Origin: Nitrospirota bacterium
GTDB lineage: Bacteria > Nitrospirota > Thermodesulfovibrionia > Thermodesulfovibrionales > SM23-35
Direction of reading: 5' to 3'
DNA: 53,356 bases
Assembly: GCA_013388605.1 (NCBI GenBank)
Contig: JACAEY010000068.1
Coordinates: 1-53,356, forward strand
Shown: in pieces, positions 28,707 through 37,674 of the stretch
Layout of the letters: each line of letters opens with the position of its first letter
Position numbering within the stretch: the first letter of the stretch is position 1
The notes under the pieces: model-generated
Told to the model about the DNA's origin: nothing
The model's database searches: none
The model's input: only the letters and a program-made list of their open reading frames with translations
Made by a program: the position numbers and the translations under genes

Positions 28707-30242
28707 GTGTTATCAAGGGTTCTTAGTGCAAGTATCATAGGGATCGATGCCCATATAGTTGAAGTTGAGGTAGATATTACCTCAAGGGGACTACCACATT
28801 TCTCGATGGTTGGACTACCCGACACCGCTGTCAAGGAATCGAAAGATAGGGTGAGGGCTGCTCTAAAGAATATTGGATTTTCTTTCCCTCTAAAACAGTT
28901 AACTGTTAATCTCGCACCTGCTGATTTGAAGAAAGAAGGTTCATCCTTTGATCTACCTATTGCAATCGGAATAATCAGCGCTGAAGGTATAATAAGTTCT
29001 GATTTCGCAAATGCTTTTCTCTTTACAGGAGAACTCTCTCTTGACGGAAGGATTAAGCCTGTTAGAGGAGCTCTCTCTATGGCTTTAAAGGCAAAAGAAC
29101 TCGGTCTTAAAGGGCTCATCCTTCCAGAAGAAAATGCACCAGAGGCTGCAGTTGTTCAGGGTATACCTGTTTTTGGATTAAAAAGTCTACCAGAGGTCAT
29201 TGATTTCCTAAGTGGTGGTAAATTTCAGAAAGCTTTTGAAGTAAATCTCAACAAAGCGATGGAGGAAAACTCAATTTATGAGGATGACTTTTTTGAGGTA
29301 AAGGGGCAGGAACATGCGAAGAGGGCACTCGAGGTTGGTGCATCAGGTGCTCACAATGTGTTGATGATAGGACCTCCTGGATCAGGAAAGACCATGCTTG
29401 CAAAGAGGCTCCCTACAATTCTCCCTTCCATGACATTTGATGAAGCATTGGAGACAACAAGGATTCACAGTGTTGTAGGTCTCCTCAGGGAAGGACAACC
29501 TCTCCTCGCAACAAGACCTTTCAGATCTCCACATCACACAATCTCAGATGTAGCATTGGTTGGAGGTGGACAGATACCAAAACCAGGAGAAGTCAGCCTT
29601 TCTCATAATGGAGTGCTATTTTTAGATGAACTGCCTGAATTTAAAAGGAATGTGCTTGAGGTTCTCAGACAACCACTTGAAAATGGTGAGGTTACTGTAT
29701 CAAGAGCAGTTGCATCAATAACCTATCCTGCCTCGTTTATGCTCGTTGCCGCAATGAATCCCTGCCCATGTGGTTATCTTGGGGACAGCAGACACCAGTG
29801 TATGTGTACACCTTCACAGATACACCGTTACAGACACAGGGTCTCAGGACCTCTTCTTGACAGGATAGATATACACATAGAGGTTCCAGCAGTACCTTAT
29901 AAAGACCTTTCCACTGAATATTCTGGTGAGAAGTCAGTTGAGATTAGAAAAAGAGTTATTTCTGCAAGGGCAATCCAGCTTGAACGTTTTAAGGATGAAA
30001 AGAAGATATATTCTAATGGTCAGATGAAGACAAGACATATAAAGAAATATTGTAAGCTAAAGTCAGATGCACAAACACTTCTTGATACAGCTATGCAAAA
30101 ACTTGGTCTTAGTGCAAGGGCATATACAAGGATATTGAAATTATCACGCACTATTGCTGACCTTGAGGCATCAGAAGATATCCAATCTCATCACATCTCA
30201 GAAGCTATTCAATACAGGACACTCGATAGAGGAATGTTTTAA
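28707..30242 (+). CDS. comM: YifB/ComM family Mg-chelatase-like ATPase
   Basis: 511 aa with a GTG start, a Lon-protease-like N-domain, Walker A GPPGSGKTMLA, and the Cys cluster NPCPCGY...C.C. Confidence 0.9.
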   Translation: MLSRVLSASIIGIDAHIVEVEVDITSRGLPHFSMVGLPDTAVKESKDRVRAALKNIGFSFPLKQLTVNLAPADLKKEGSSFDLPIAIGIISAEGIISSDFANAFLFTGELSLDGRIKPVRGALSMALKAKELGLKGLILPEENAPEAAVVQGIPVFGLKSLPEVIDFLSGGKFQKAFEVNLNKAMEENSIYEDDFFEVKGQEHAKRALEVGASGAHNVLMIGPPGSGKTMLAKRLPTILPSMTFDEALETTRIHSVVGLLREGQPLLATRPFRSPHHTISDVALVGGGQIPKPGEVSLSHNGVLFLDELPEFKRNVLEVLRQPLENGEVTVSRAVASITYPASFMLVAAMNPCPCGYLGDSRHQCMCTPSQIHRYRHRVSGPLLDRIDIHIEVPAVPYKDLSTEYSGEKSVEIRKRVISARAIQLERFKDEKKIYSNGQMKTRHIKKYCKLKSDAQTLLDTAMQKLGLSARAYTRILKLSRTIADLEASEDIQSHHISEAIQYRTLDRGMF

Positions 30243-30259
30243 AGTTATTTTTATAATTA

Positions 30260-31033
30260 ATGAAAACGGTTAATATAAAAGCCTTGATAAGTGATCTTCA
30301 AGATTTCTATCTCCTCTCATTTCATGGACTTTTAGGGATTATCAGAAAACCTTTTTACCTAAAAGATGCTATAGAGCAGATGGATTATTCAGGAGCTGGT
30401 TCATCGCTCATCATTTTTCTCGTCTCTCTGTTCATTGGAATGGCTCTTTCACTCCAGTTGTCTGCTGAATTATCAATCCTCGGGTTTAAAATGTATACAG
30501 GAAGAGTTGTTGGAATGGCAGTAATAAGAGAGATAGGACCTGTAACTGCTGCCCTTATATATGCAGGCAGAGTTGGTAGTGGTATGGCATCAGAGCTCGG
30601 CTCAATGATTCTTGGTCATCAGGTAGACATCCTCAGGGTCTTTGGTGTAGACCCAATAAAAAAACTCGTAACACCAAGGATTATAAGCTCTCTGATAATG
30701 CTACCAGCTCTCACAATTATTGGTGATGTTGTAGCCATCATTGGAGGTTACTATATAGCGGTCTTTGTAAGCCATCAGAGTGGGACATATTACTGGAGTT
30801 CTATTCGAGATATCCTGACTTTTGAGAATGTCTTTTCAGGCTCTATTAAACCCTTCCTTTTTGGTTATCTCATAGCATGTATAAGCTGTTATATGGGGCT
30901 TTCAACAAAAGGCGGCGCTATCGGACTAAGGAGATCAACAACACGTGCCGTTGTATTATCAATGATAGTAATTATAGTTTCTGATTTTATTCTTACAAGA
31001 ATATTATTATATATTCTTGGATTTTCAGTATGA
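30260..31033 (+). CDS. mlaE: MlaE-family ABC transporter permease
   Basis: 257-aa polytopic protein with REIGPVTAALIYAGRVGS, typical of MlaE/Ttg2B. Confidence 0.88.
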   Translation: MKTVNIKALISDLQDFYLLSFHGLLGIIRKPFYLKDAIEQMDYSGAGSSLIIFLVSLFIGMALSLQLSAELSILGFKMYTGRVVGMAVIREIGPVTAALIYAGRVGSGMASELGSMILGHQVDILRVFGVDPIKKLVTPRIISSLIMLPALTIIGDVVAIIGGYYIAVFVSHQSGTYYWSSIRDILTFENVFSGSIKPFLFGYLIACISCYMGLSTKGGAIGLRRSTTRAVVLSMIVIIVSDFILTRILLYILGFSV

Positions 31034-31773
31034 TTGTCTTTGATAAGGTCGGCTTTTCATATGGAACAAATCAAGTCCTGAGGGATATGAGTTTCTCTAT
31101 AGATGTTAATGAGAAGGTAGCAATCCTTGGCGGAAGTGGAGAGGGGAAGACCACTATCCTGAAACTTATAGTAGGACTTATCAGACCAGATTCAGGAAAA
31201 ATAATAATTGATGGAGAAGATATTACAAATAAAACAGAGTATGAACTCAGGGATATAAGGTTAAAATTCAGCATAGTCTTTCAGGAAGGCGCACTGTTTG
31301 ATTCACTCAATGTCAAAGAAAATGTAGCATTCTGCTTAAGGGAATATAATAAAATATCTGAAGAGGAGATCGATAAAAAAGTAAGGGATCTGCTGAGGAT
31401 AGTAGGGGTAGAAGAAGCGATCGAATTGATGCCAGAAGAACTTAGCGGTGGCATGCATAGGAGGGTATCTATTGCAAGGTCACTTGCTGCATCCAAACCA
31501 AAGATGTTTCTTTATGATGAACCTACATCTGGGCTTGACCCCATAAATGCAGACAACATATGTAGACTTATTCTTGAATTATCTAAGAATGGTACAGGCT
31601 TTATAATAGTTACCCATAAAGTATTTGATGCAATGAAAGTAGCAGAAAGATATATGTTTCTTAAAGATGGAATGTTATTGTTTGATGGAGATAAGGAAGG
31701 GCTTGTACATACAAATATCAATGAGATCCAGTCTTTTATAGAGGAGGTCCGTTTTAAATATGAGCCAAAATAA
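31030..31773 (+). CDS. mlaF: MlaF-type ABC transporter ATP-binding protein
   Basis: Walker A GGSGEGKTT, signature LSGGMHRRVSIA, Walker B FLYDEP. ATGA overlap with mlaE. Confidence 0.9.
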   Translation: MIVFDKVGFSYGTNQVLRDMSFSIDVNEKVAILGGSGEGKTTILKLIVGLIRPDSGKIIIDGEDITNKTEYELRDIRLKFSIVFQEGALFDSLNVKENVAFCLREYNKISEEEIDKKVRDLLRIVGVEEAIELMPEELSGGMHRRVSIARSLAASKPKMFLYDEPTSGLDPINADNICRLILELSKNGTGFIIVTHKVFDAMKVAERYMFLKDGMLLFDGDKEGLVHTNINEIQSFIEEVRFKYEPK

Positions 31774-31783
31774 ATAGGAGGAT

Positions 31784-32848
31784 TTGATGTTTGATATTAA
31801 GAAACAGCTCTTTTGGTCGAAGCTAAAAGTTGGTATTGTCATTACTCTTGCTATCTCAATACTTTTTCTCACTGTATTCTTCGCAGGAAGTATTGAGAGG
31901 TTACTATCTCCAAAGGTTGAGATAAAGGCACAGATTCAGAATGTAAAGGGACTGAGAAGAGGTGCCCCTGTGTGGATATCAGGCATCGAGGTAGGCTCTG
32001 TAAAAGATATAAACCTTCATCCTGAATATGGAACTATAGTTACAATATCTATAAATAAGGATGCCTTGAAATTTCTAAGAAAGGATGCTGAAGCGAGTGT
32101 CCTGACAATGGGCTTACTCGGAGACAAATACATTGAGCTCAGCAATGGTTCTCCTGGGGCGGAGCCAATTAGAGCGAACGATATAATCAAAGGATCTGCA
32201 CAGATTGAGCTACAGGATGTAGTAGAGACCAGTGCTTCCTCTATAGAAAAGATGTCAGACTTCATAAACAAATTGGAGAATCTTGTTGCAAGGGTAGAGA
32301 AGGGCGAAGGGACGATCGCTAAATTCCTGACAGACCCTTCTATCTATAACAACCTCGAAGAGACAACTAAATCCCTTTCCACTATATTAAGGGATATGGA
32401 GACCGGACATGGAACCCTTAGAATGCTATTAAAGGACCCTTCTCTTTATAACAAATTAGTCACAGCCACCACAGCCCTTGAAGAGATCAGTAGAAAAATA
32501 AATGAGAGTCAGGGTACTGTTAAAAAACTTATAGAGGACCCTTCTCTTTACAATAGGGTTTTATCTGCTGCATCATCTATGGATGATTTCAGCAAAAGAT
32601 TGACAGAGGGTCAAGGTACACTGAGAAGACTCGCTGAAGAACCTGATTTATATGAAAATTTAAACAAAGTCTCAAAGCAGCTCTCTTCACTACTCGAGAA
32701 GATAGAAACAGGCAAAGGAGTCGCTGGAGATTTGATTAATGATGAGAAACTGGCTAATGATTTGAAAGAAACCATTTTAGAACTTAGAGAATTAACTAAG
32801 GATATGAAAGAAAACCCAAAGAAATATTTCAAATTTAGCCTCTTCTGA
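31784..32848 (+). CDS. mlaD: MlaD/MCE-domain protein with repeated helical C-terminus
   Basis: 354 aa with an N-terminal TM anchor and an MCE core (GLRRGAPVWISGIEVGSV). Five ~35-aa repeats follow (GxGTxxxLxxDPSLYNxL...). Confidence 0.85.
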   Translation: MMFDIKKQLFWSKLKVGIVITLAISILFLTVFFAGSIERLLSPKVEIKAQIQNVKGLRRGAPVWISGIEVGSVKDINLHPEYGTIVTISINKDALKFLRKDAEASVLTMGLLGDKYIELSNGSPGAEPIRANDIIKGSAQIELQDVVETSASSIEKMSDFINKLENLVARVEKGEGTIAKFLTDPSIYNNLEETTKSLSTILRDMETGHGTLRMLLKDPSLYNKLVTATTALEEISRKINESQGTVKKLIEDPSLYNRVLSAASSMDDFSKRLTEGQGTLRRLAEEPDLYENLNKVSKQLSSLLEKIETGKGVAGDLINDEKLANDLKETILELRELTKDMKENPKKYFKFSLF

Positions 32849-32873
32849 GGAGTTATTAGACAATGAGATTGAT

Positions 32874-34205
32874 ATGACATTTTTATTTAGAGGTCTTCTT
32901 GGTCTTCTATCTATCATTTTTCCTCTCCTGGTCTTCTTTCCCTCTACCTCTCTCCCTGAGGATTCCTTAAAAACACTCACCATCTCTGAAGGGTTAAGGA
33001 TAGCAACAGATAACAACCGTATAATAAAGATTGCATCTATTAATAAAGAACTCGCCTCTGCAGATATAATAATTGCAAGATCAAAATTTCTTCCTAATAT
33101 AAATGGTTCGCTAAGGCAGACTTTTCTATCCCACCAGCCCGCTGCCCTTTTCGGACCCGAGAAAGTATTTATATCACAAAAAGAGTATCTTTCATATGGA
33201 ATAAATCTATATCAAACAATATATGATTTTGGAGCTAATATATCCCGATATGAGGCATCAAAAACCTATCTTGATGTTACCAGTATCGATATTAAGAGAA
33301 TAAGAAATATTGTTTCCCTCGATTTTATCAAAAGATATTTTGATCTCCTTGAAACAGAAAAGATGATAGAGGTAGCAAATAAAGAGGTTGAAAGGTTTGA
33401 ATCACACCTAAGGGTCGCACAGATTCTTTATGCGGAAGGTTCTATTACAAAAAATGACCTGCTTCAGGCCGAGGTAATGCTATCTGATGCAAGACAAAGA
33501 CTACTTACATTACAAAATATGAGGTTTATAAATGTGTCGCGTATTAATTCTATCCTTGCCAGACCATTAAATGAAGATTTTCAGGTTGTTGATATACCAC
33601 TAAATACCTCTGAAAATATTGAGCTTGAAAAGGCTTGGGAGATCGCTGTGAAAGAAAGGGGTGAAATTAAGATTGTTGAAAATCAATTAAAAATTATTGA
33701 CCTTGAGGAGAAGGCAATTAGATCTGAATACTATCCAAAACTCTTTGCACAGGGAGGATATAATTTTACAGAAAACCGCTATCTATTTCCCGAAGGAAAC
33801 TGGTCCCTTATTTTTGGTCTTGACATAAATCTATTCAATGGCTGGAGCACAAAGGCAGAGGTATCAAAAGTTAAACAGAAGAGGAAACAGCTACTTGAGG
33901 AAAAAAGGGAAATTATAGATGACATAAGGCTCGAGGTTGAAAAGAGTTATCTCGACTTGAAAAACGCTTTAGAAAAGATTCTTGTTACAAAAGGTGCTGT
34001 TAACCAGGCAGAGGAAAATTTGAGAATCAACAAGATAAAATATGAGGAAGGAATTGGCACATCAACTGATGTTATTGATGCAATTACATTACTTACACTT
34101 GCTGAGACAAACTACTGTAAAGCATTATATGATTTTAAACGTGCTCAGGCTGAACTCAGATACTCAACAGGGGTGGAACTTGCTTCTGCTTATTCCTATC
34201 AGTGA
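32874..34205 (+). CDS. TolC-family outer membrane efflux protein
   Basis: 443 aa with a signal peptide and two OEP repeats (YLPxxxG..., ...AQAELRYSTG). Confidence 0.85.
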   Translation: MTFLFRGLLGLLSIIFPLLVFFPSTSLPEDSLKTLTISEGLRIATDNNRIIKIASINKELASADIIIARSKFLPNINGSLRQTFLSHQPAALFGPEKVFISQKEYLSYGINLYQTIYDFGANISRYEASKTYLDVTSIDIKRIRNIVSLDFIKRYFDLLETEKMIEVANKEVERFESHLRVAQILYAEGSITKNDLLQAEVMLSDARQRLLTLQNMRFINVSRINSILARPLNEDFQVVDIPLNTSENIELEKAWEIAVKERGEIKIVENQLKIIDLEEKAIRSEYYPKLFAQGGYNFTENRYLFPEGNWSLIFGLDINLFNGWSTKAEVSKVKQKRKQLLEEKREIIDDIRLEVEKSYLDLKNALEKILVTKGAVNQAEENLRINKIKYEEGIGTSTDVIDAITLLTLAETNYCKALYDFKRAQAELRYSTGVELASAYSYQ

Positions 34206-34211
34206 GGCATT

Positions 34212-35333
34212 GTGGAAGAATTAAAAAAAGGGGATCAGGAAACATCTCCAGATATCAGAAATCGAAAAAGGAAGAAATTTGCCTTCATAATTCTCGGCTC
34301 CCTTTTAATAATAGGAGCATTAATAATCTTTTTTTATTTAAGATACAAGGCAACACATATTACAACAGATGACGCCTTTATTGAAGGCACTATATATACA
34401 ATAGCATCAAAAGTCTCGGGCACAATCAAAGATGTTTATGTAAAAGATAATCAGTTCGTCAGAGAAAATGAAATACTCCTTGAGATAGACCCTGTTGATT
34501 ATGATGTGAAGGTCCAAGAGGTTCTTTCAAGACTTAATGCAGAGAAGTCAAAACTATTTGAGATCGAAGCAAAGATAGAGACATTAAAGAAACAACTTTT
34601 AGAGCTCCGGAGAAATATAGAGGTTGCGAAGGCAAATCTTGAGCTTCAAGAGGCAAACCTCAAACAGGCAGAAACCGACTTTAAGAGGGCAGAAAATCTA
34701 TTTAAGAAAGAGGCTATATCAAAAGAAAGATTCGAAAAGGCAACGACAGACTATCAAGTAGCTGTTGCAAAAGCAAAGGCTACATCTGAACAACTTCAGC
34801 ATGCTAAGTTATTTCTGGAAACCCAGAATGCGGTTATAAAACAGGCAGAGGCATCAAAGGTATCTCAGCTTTCAATCATAAAACAGAATGAGGCTTTACT
34901 AAAGGCAGCCGAACTCAATTATGGATATACAAAGGTCCACTCACCATCGGATGGTTATGTAACTAAAAAATCTGTAGAAAAAGGGAATCAGATACATGCT
35001 GGTCAGCCATTGATGGCAATTGTTCCACTTAATGATATATGGATAGTTGCAAATTATAAGGAGACCCAGCTCGAGAAGGTTAGACCAGGGCAAAAAGTAA
35101 AGATAAAGGTCGATACATATCCTGGCAAAACTTTCAAAGGCAAAGTAGAAAGTATTATGGCTGGAACAGGTGCTGTATTCTCACTTTTCCCACCAGAAAA
35201 TGCTACAGGAAGCTATGTAAAAGTTGTTCAGAGAATACCGGTTAAGATATTGCTTGATGAAGACACAGATCCTGAGCATGTCTTACGCATAGGAATGTCT
35301 GTTGTACCAACGATTATTGTTAGAGATGAATAA
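34212..35333 (+). CDS. HlyD/EmrA-family membrane fusion protein
   Basis: 373 aa with a GTG start, a single TM, TTDDAFIEG, a long coiled coil, and IPVKILLD near the C-terminus. Confidence 0.88.
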   Translation: MEELKKGDQETSPDIRNRKRKKFAFIILGSLLIIGALIIFFYLRYKATHITTDDAFIEGTIYTIASKVSGTIKDVYVKDNQFVRENEILLEIDPVDYDVKVQEVLSRLNAEKSKLFEIEAKIETLKKQLLELRRNIEVAKANLELQEANLKQAETDFKRAENLFKKEAISKERFEKATTDYQVAVAKAKATSEQLQHAKLFLETQNAVIKQAEASKVSQLSIIKQNEALLKAAELNYGYTKVHSPSDGYVTKKSVEKGNQIHAGQPLMAIVPLNDIWIVANYKETQLEKVRPGQKVKIKVDTYPGKTFKGKVESIMAGTGAVFSLFPPENATGSYVKVVQRIPVKILLDEDTDPEHVLRIGMSVVPTIIVRDE

Positions 35334-36855
35334 ATGGCTAATTACAGTTACTGTAATGCTACCAACCCTTATAGAGATAATGGATATGACTGCTGTGAAT
35401 GTTGCACTTGGTCATATCAGGGGAAGCCTTTCTGCAGGCATTGATGAATCCACATGGGCAATAACATCATATCTCGTTTCAAATGCAGTAATAATTCCGC
35501 TATCAGGATGGTTGAGCAGGTTTTTCGGAAGAAAAAAATATCTAATCATATCTGTAACACTATTCACTGTCAGTTCTTTTCTCTGCGGCTCAGCATGGAG
35601 CCTTAATAGTCTTGTATTTTTCAGGGTTCTTCAGGGAATAGGCGGCGGAGCACTCCAGCCCATATCCCAGGCAATACTTCTCGAGACATTTCCACCCCAA
35701 CAGCGAGGTATGGCAATGGCAATCTTCGGGATAGGAATTATGTTTGGTCCAATTATGGGACCCCTTCTTGGAGGTCTGATTACTGATAATTGGTCATGGC
35801 ACTGGGTATTCTTCATAAACATCCCTATTGGAATAGTTTCAGTATTAATGACCATTTTTTTTATATTTGACCCGCCATATATGAAACGCATGAAGATGAA
35901 GATTGATTATTTGGGACTTATATTCCTTACACTTGGTGTTGGATGTCTTCAGGTAGTCCTTGATAAAGGACAAAGAGAGGAGTGGTTCTCATCAAGTTTT
36001 ATTGTGTGGCTTAGCATCATATCCAGTGTCTCTCTTTTGCTATTTATAATCAGGGAGTTTTTTACAGAAGAGCCTGTCATAAATCTAAAGACTTTTAAAG
36101 ACCTCTCTTTCAGCATGGGTTGCATTGTGATGTTCTGTGTCTTTTTCAATCTCTTTGGAAGTATTATTCTACAACCTATCTATGTTCAGACATTAATGGG
36201 TTATACTGCCACGCTTGCAGGGGTGGTTCTTGCACCAGGGGGTATTGCATCAATGTTCACAATGCAGATTGTTGGAAGGCTCATTAATAGGATTAATCCA
36301 AAAGCCTTCTTAATCATAGGGATTATAGTCTGTTCATATGCAACATACCTCATGTCTAAGTTTAACCTTTATGCTGATTTTTATTCTATCGCGCTACCAC
36401 GGATTATTCTCGGCATTGGTATGGGTTTGACAGTCATACCATTAATAACAATTGCATTTTCAACCATAAAGAAAGAGGAGATGGCAAATGCAACAGCCAT
36501 CTATAATTTCCTGAGAAACTTGGGAGGGAGCTTTGGTGTCGCATTTGTGACAACGATGCTTTCAAGACGCGCACAGTTTCATCAATCGCACCTTGTCGAA
36601 CACCTGACACCTTTTAATACCCCCTATCAGATTATTACACAGCATAGTGCACAGATACTTGAGCTCAGGGGGTTTGAGAGTTTCCTTTCCGAATATGCAG
36701 GTCTTAATGCAGTCTATAAAGAGCTCCTCAGACAGTCTTCAATGCTCTCATTTAATGATACCTTCTACCTAACCAGTATTATTCTGATAGCTATTCTTCC
36801 CCTTGCTTTCCTTATGAAAAGATCAAAAGAATTATCACCACAAAAATTCCACTAA
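35326..36855 (+). CDS. DHA2 (EmrB/QacA) family MFS efflux transporter
   Basis: 14-TM-type MFS with LDMTAVNVALGHI and RVLQGIGGGAL motifs. I chose the ATG at 35326 (MNKWLITV...), which overlaps the HlyD stop by 8 nt. The track ORF starts at 35302. Confidence 0.88.
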   Translation: MNKWLITVTVMLPTLIEIMDMTAVNVALGHIRGSLSAGIDESTWAITSYLVSNAVIIPLSGWLSRFFGRKKYLIISVTLFTVSSFLCGSAWSLNSLVFFRVLQGIGGGALQPISQAILLETFPPQQRGMAMAIFGIGIMFGPIMGPLLGGLITDNWSWHWVFFINIPIGIVSVLMTIFFIFDPPYMKRMKMKIDYLGLIFLTLGVGCLQVVLDKGQREEWFSSSFIVWLSIISSVSLLLFIIREFFTEEPVINLKTFKDLSFSMGCIVMFCVFFNLFGSIILQPIYVQTLMGYTATLAGVVLAPGGIASMFTMQIVGRLINRINPKAFLIIGIIVCSYATYLMSKFNLYADFYSIALPRIILGIGMGLTVIPLITIAFSTIKKEEMANATAIYNFLRNLGGSFGVAFVTTMLSRRAQFHQSHLVEHLTPFNTPYQIITQHSAQILELRGFESFLSEYAGLNAVYKELLRQSSMLSFNDTFYLTSIILIAILPLAFLMKRSKELSPQKFH

Positions 36856-36886
36856 TTTACGTTTAATTCCCTTCTCAGACTAAGAA

Positions 36887-36917
36887 GGGCTTGTTTCGAG
36901 TTTCTCGAAACAAGCCC
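36887..36917. terminator. bidirectional intrinsic terminator between the efflux operon and fdhB
   Basis: gggcttgtttcgag-ttt-ctcgaaacaagccc forms a perfect 14-bp stem, followed by ttt on the + strand. An overlapping alternative hairpin cccttct...agaaggg lies at 36869..36889. Confidence 0.7.
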
Positions 36918-36937
36918 TTTGATAAGTTTTATCTGAT

Positions 36938-37669
36938 TTATCCCACGAAGCTTGGTAATTTCATCAGAGGACGGACCAATCTCTTAATAGCTGCAACCAT
37001 TGTAATTCCTAAACCATTCTCTGCTGCATATTTCCAATATTTTTGTGGATCATCAATTACAAGGAATATTGTTCTTACAGAATCTGCATTAAGTAGCTGT
37101 GCCTTTGGATAAACAGCCTTGAGCTCATTTAGCTTCTTTTTGGCCATATCAAGCATCCTCTCACGGTCACCAAAGTTCATTGCGCCTGTAGGGCAGGCCT
37201 TCACACAGGCTGGTAAAAGCCCCTCCCTGATTCGGTTAATGCACATATTGCACTTTGCCATTATCTGGGTTTTCTCATCCCACCGTGGAATATCCCACGG
37301 ACAGGACTCCCTTATCTTCTTAAAATCTTCCTGCTTTACTTTTATCTTTGGATCATAAAGCACAGCGCCTGTTTCTTCACAGCGCGTGATAGCTTTAGAA
37401 CCTAATGAGATGGCTGTGTACATACATGGTGGTTCGAGACAGTGCCTGCACTGGTCTGTAAAAAAATACCAGTTAGGTTTCCCATTTACCTCTACCTCAC
37501 TGAACCTGACAACCTTCCATGTATTAAAAGACAGGTCTTCAGGGTTTTGATGATTTCCGCGCTGATATGTTTTTGTTCCTTTCAGGTTCCACCATGCCTT
37601 GTCTGCTATCTGGCATCCTCTACAAGCAGTGCATCTAGATGTATCTATGAAAAAGGATTTCCCTGCCAT
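36938..37669 (-). CDS. fdhB: formate dehydrogenase iron-sulfur (beta) subunit
   Basis: 243 aa with ferredoxin-type Cys clusters (CTACRGC, CRHCLEPPC, CNMCINR, CVKACP), immediately downstream of fdhA. Confidence 0.85.
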   Translation of the reverse strand: MAGKSFFIDTSRCTACRGCQIADKAWWNLKGTKTYQRGNHQNPEDLSFNTWKVVRFSEVEVNGKPNWYFFTDQCRHCLEPPCMYTAISLGSKAITRCEETGAVLYDPKIKVKQEDFKKIRESCPWDIPRWDEKTQIMAKCNMCINRIREGLLPACVKACPTGAMNFGDRERMLDMAKKKLNELKAVYPKAQLLNADSVRTIFLVIDDPQKYWKYAAENGLGITMVAAIKRLVRPLMKLPSFVG

Positions 37670-37674
37670 TTACA

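Noticed and set aside
36891-37112. A 73-aa + strand ORF starting in the efflux/fdh intergenic region.
   Set aside because: It begins inside the 14-bp terminator stem and then runs antisense to fdhB. It is spurious.
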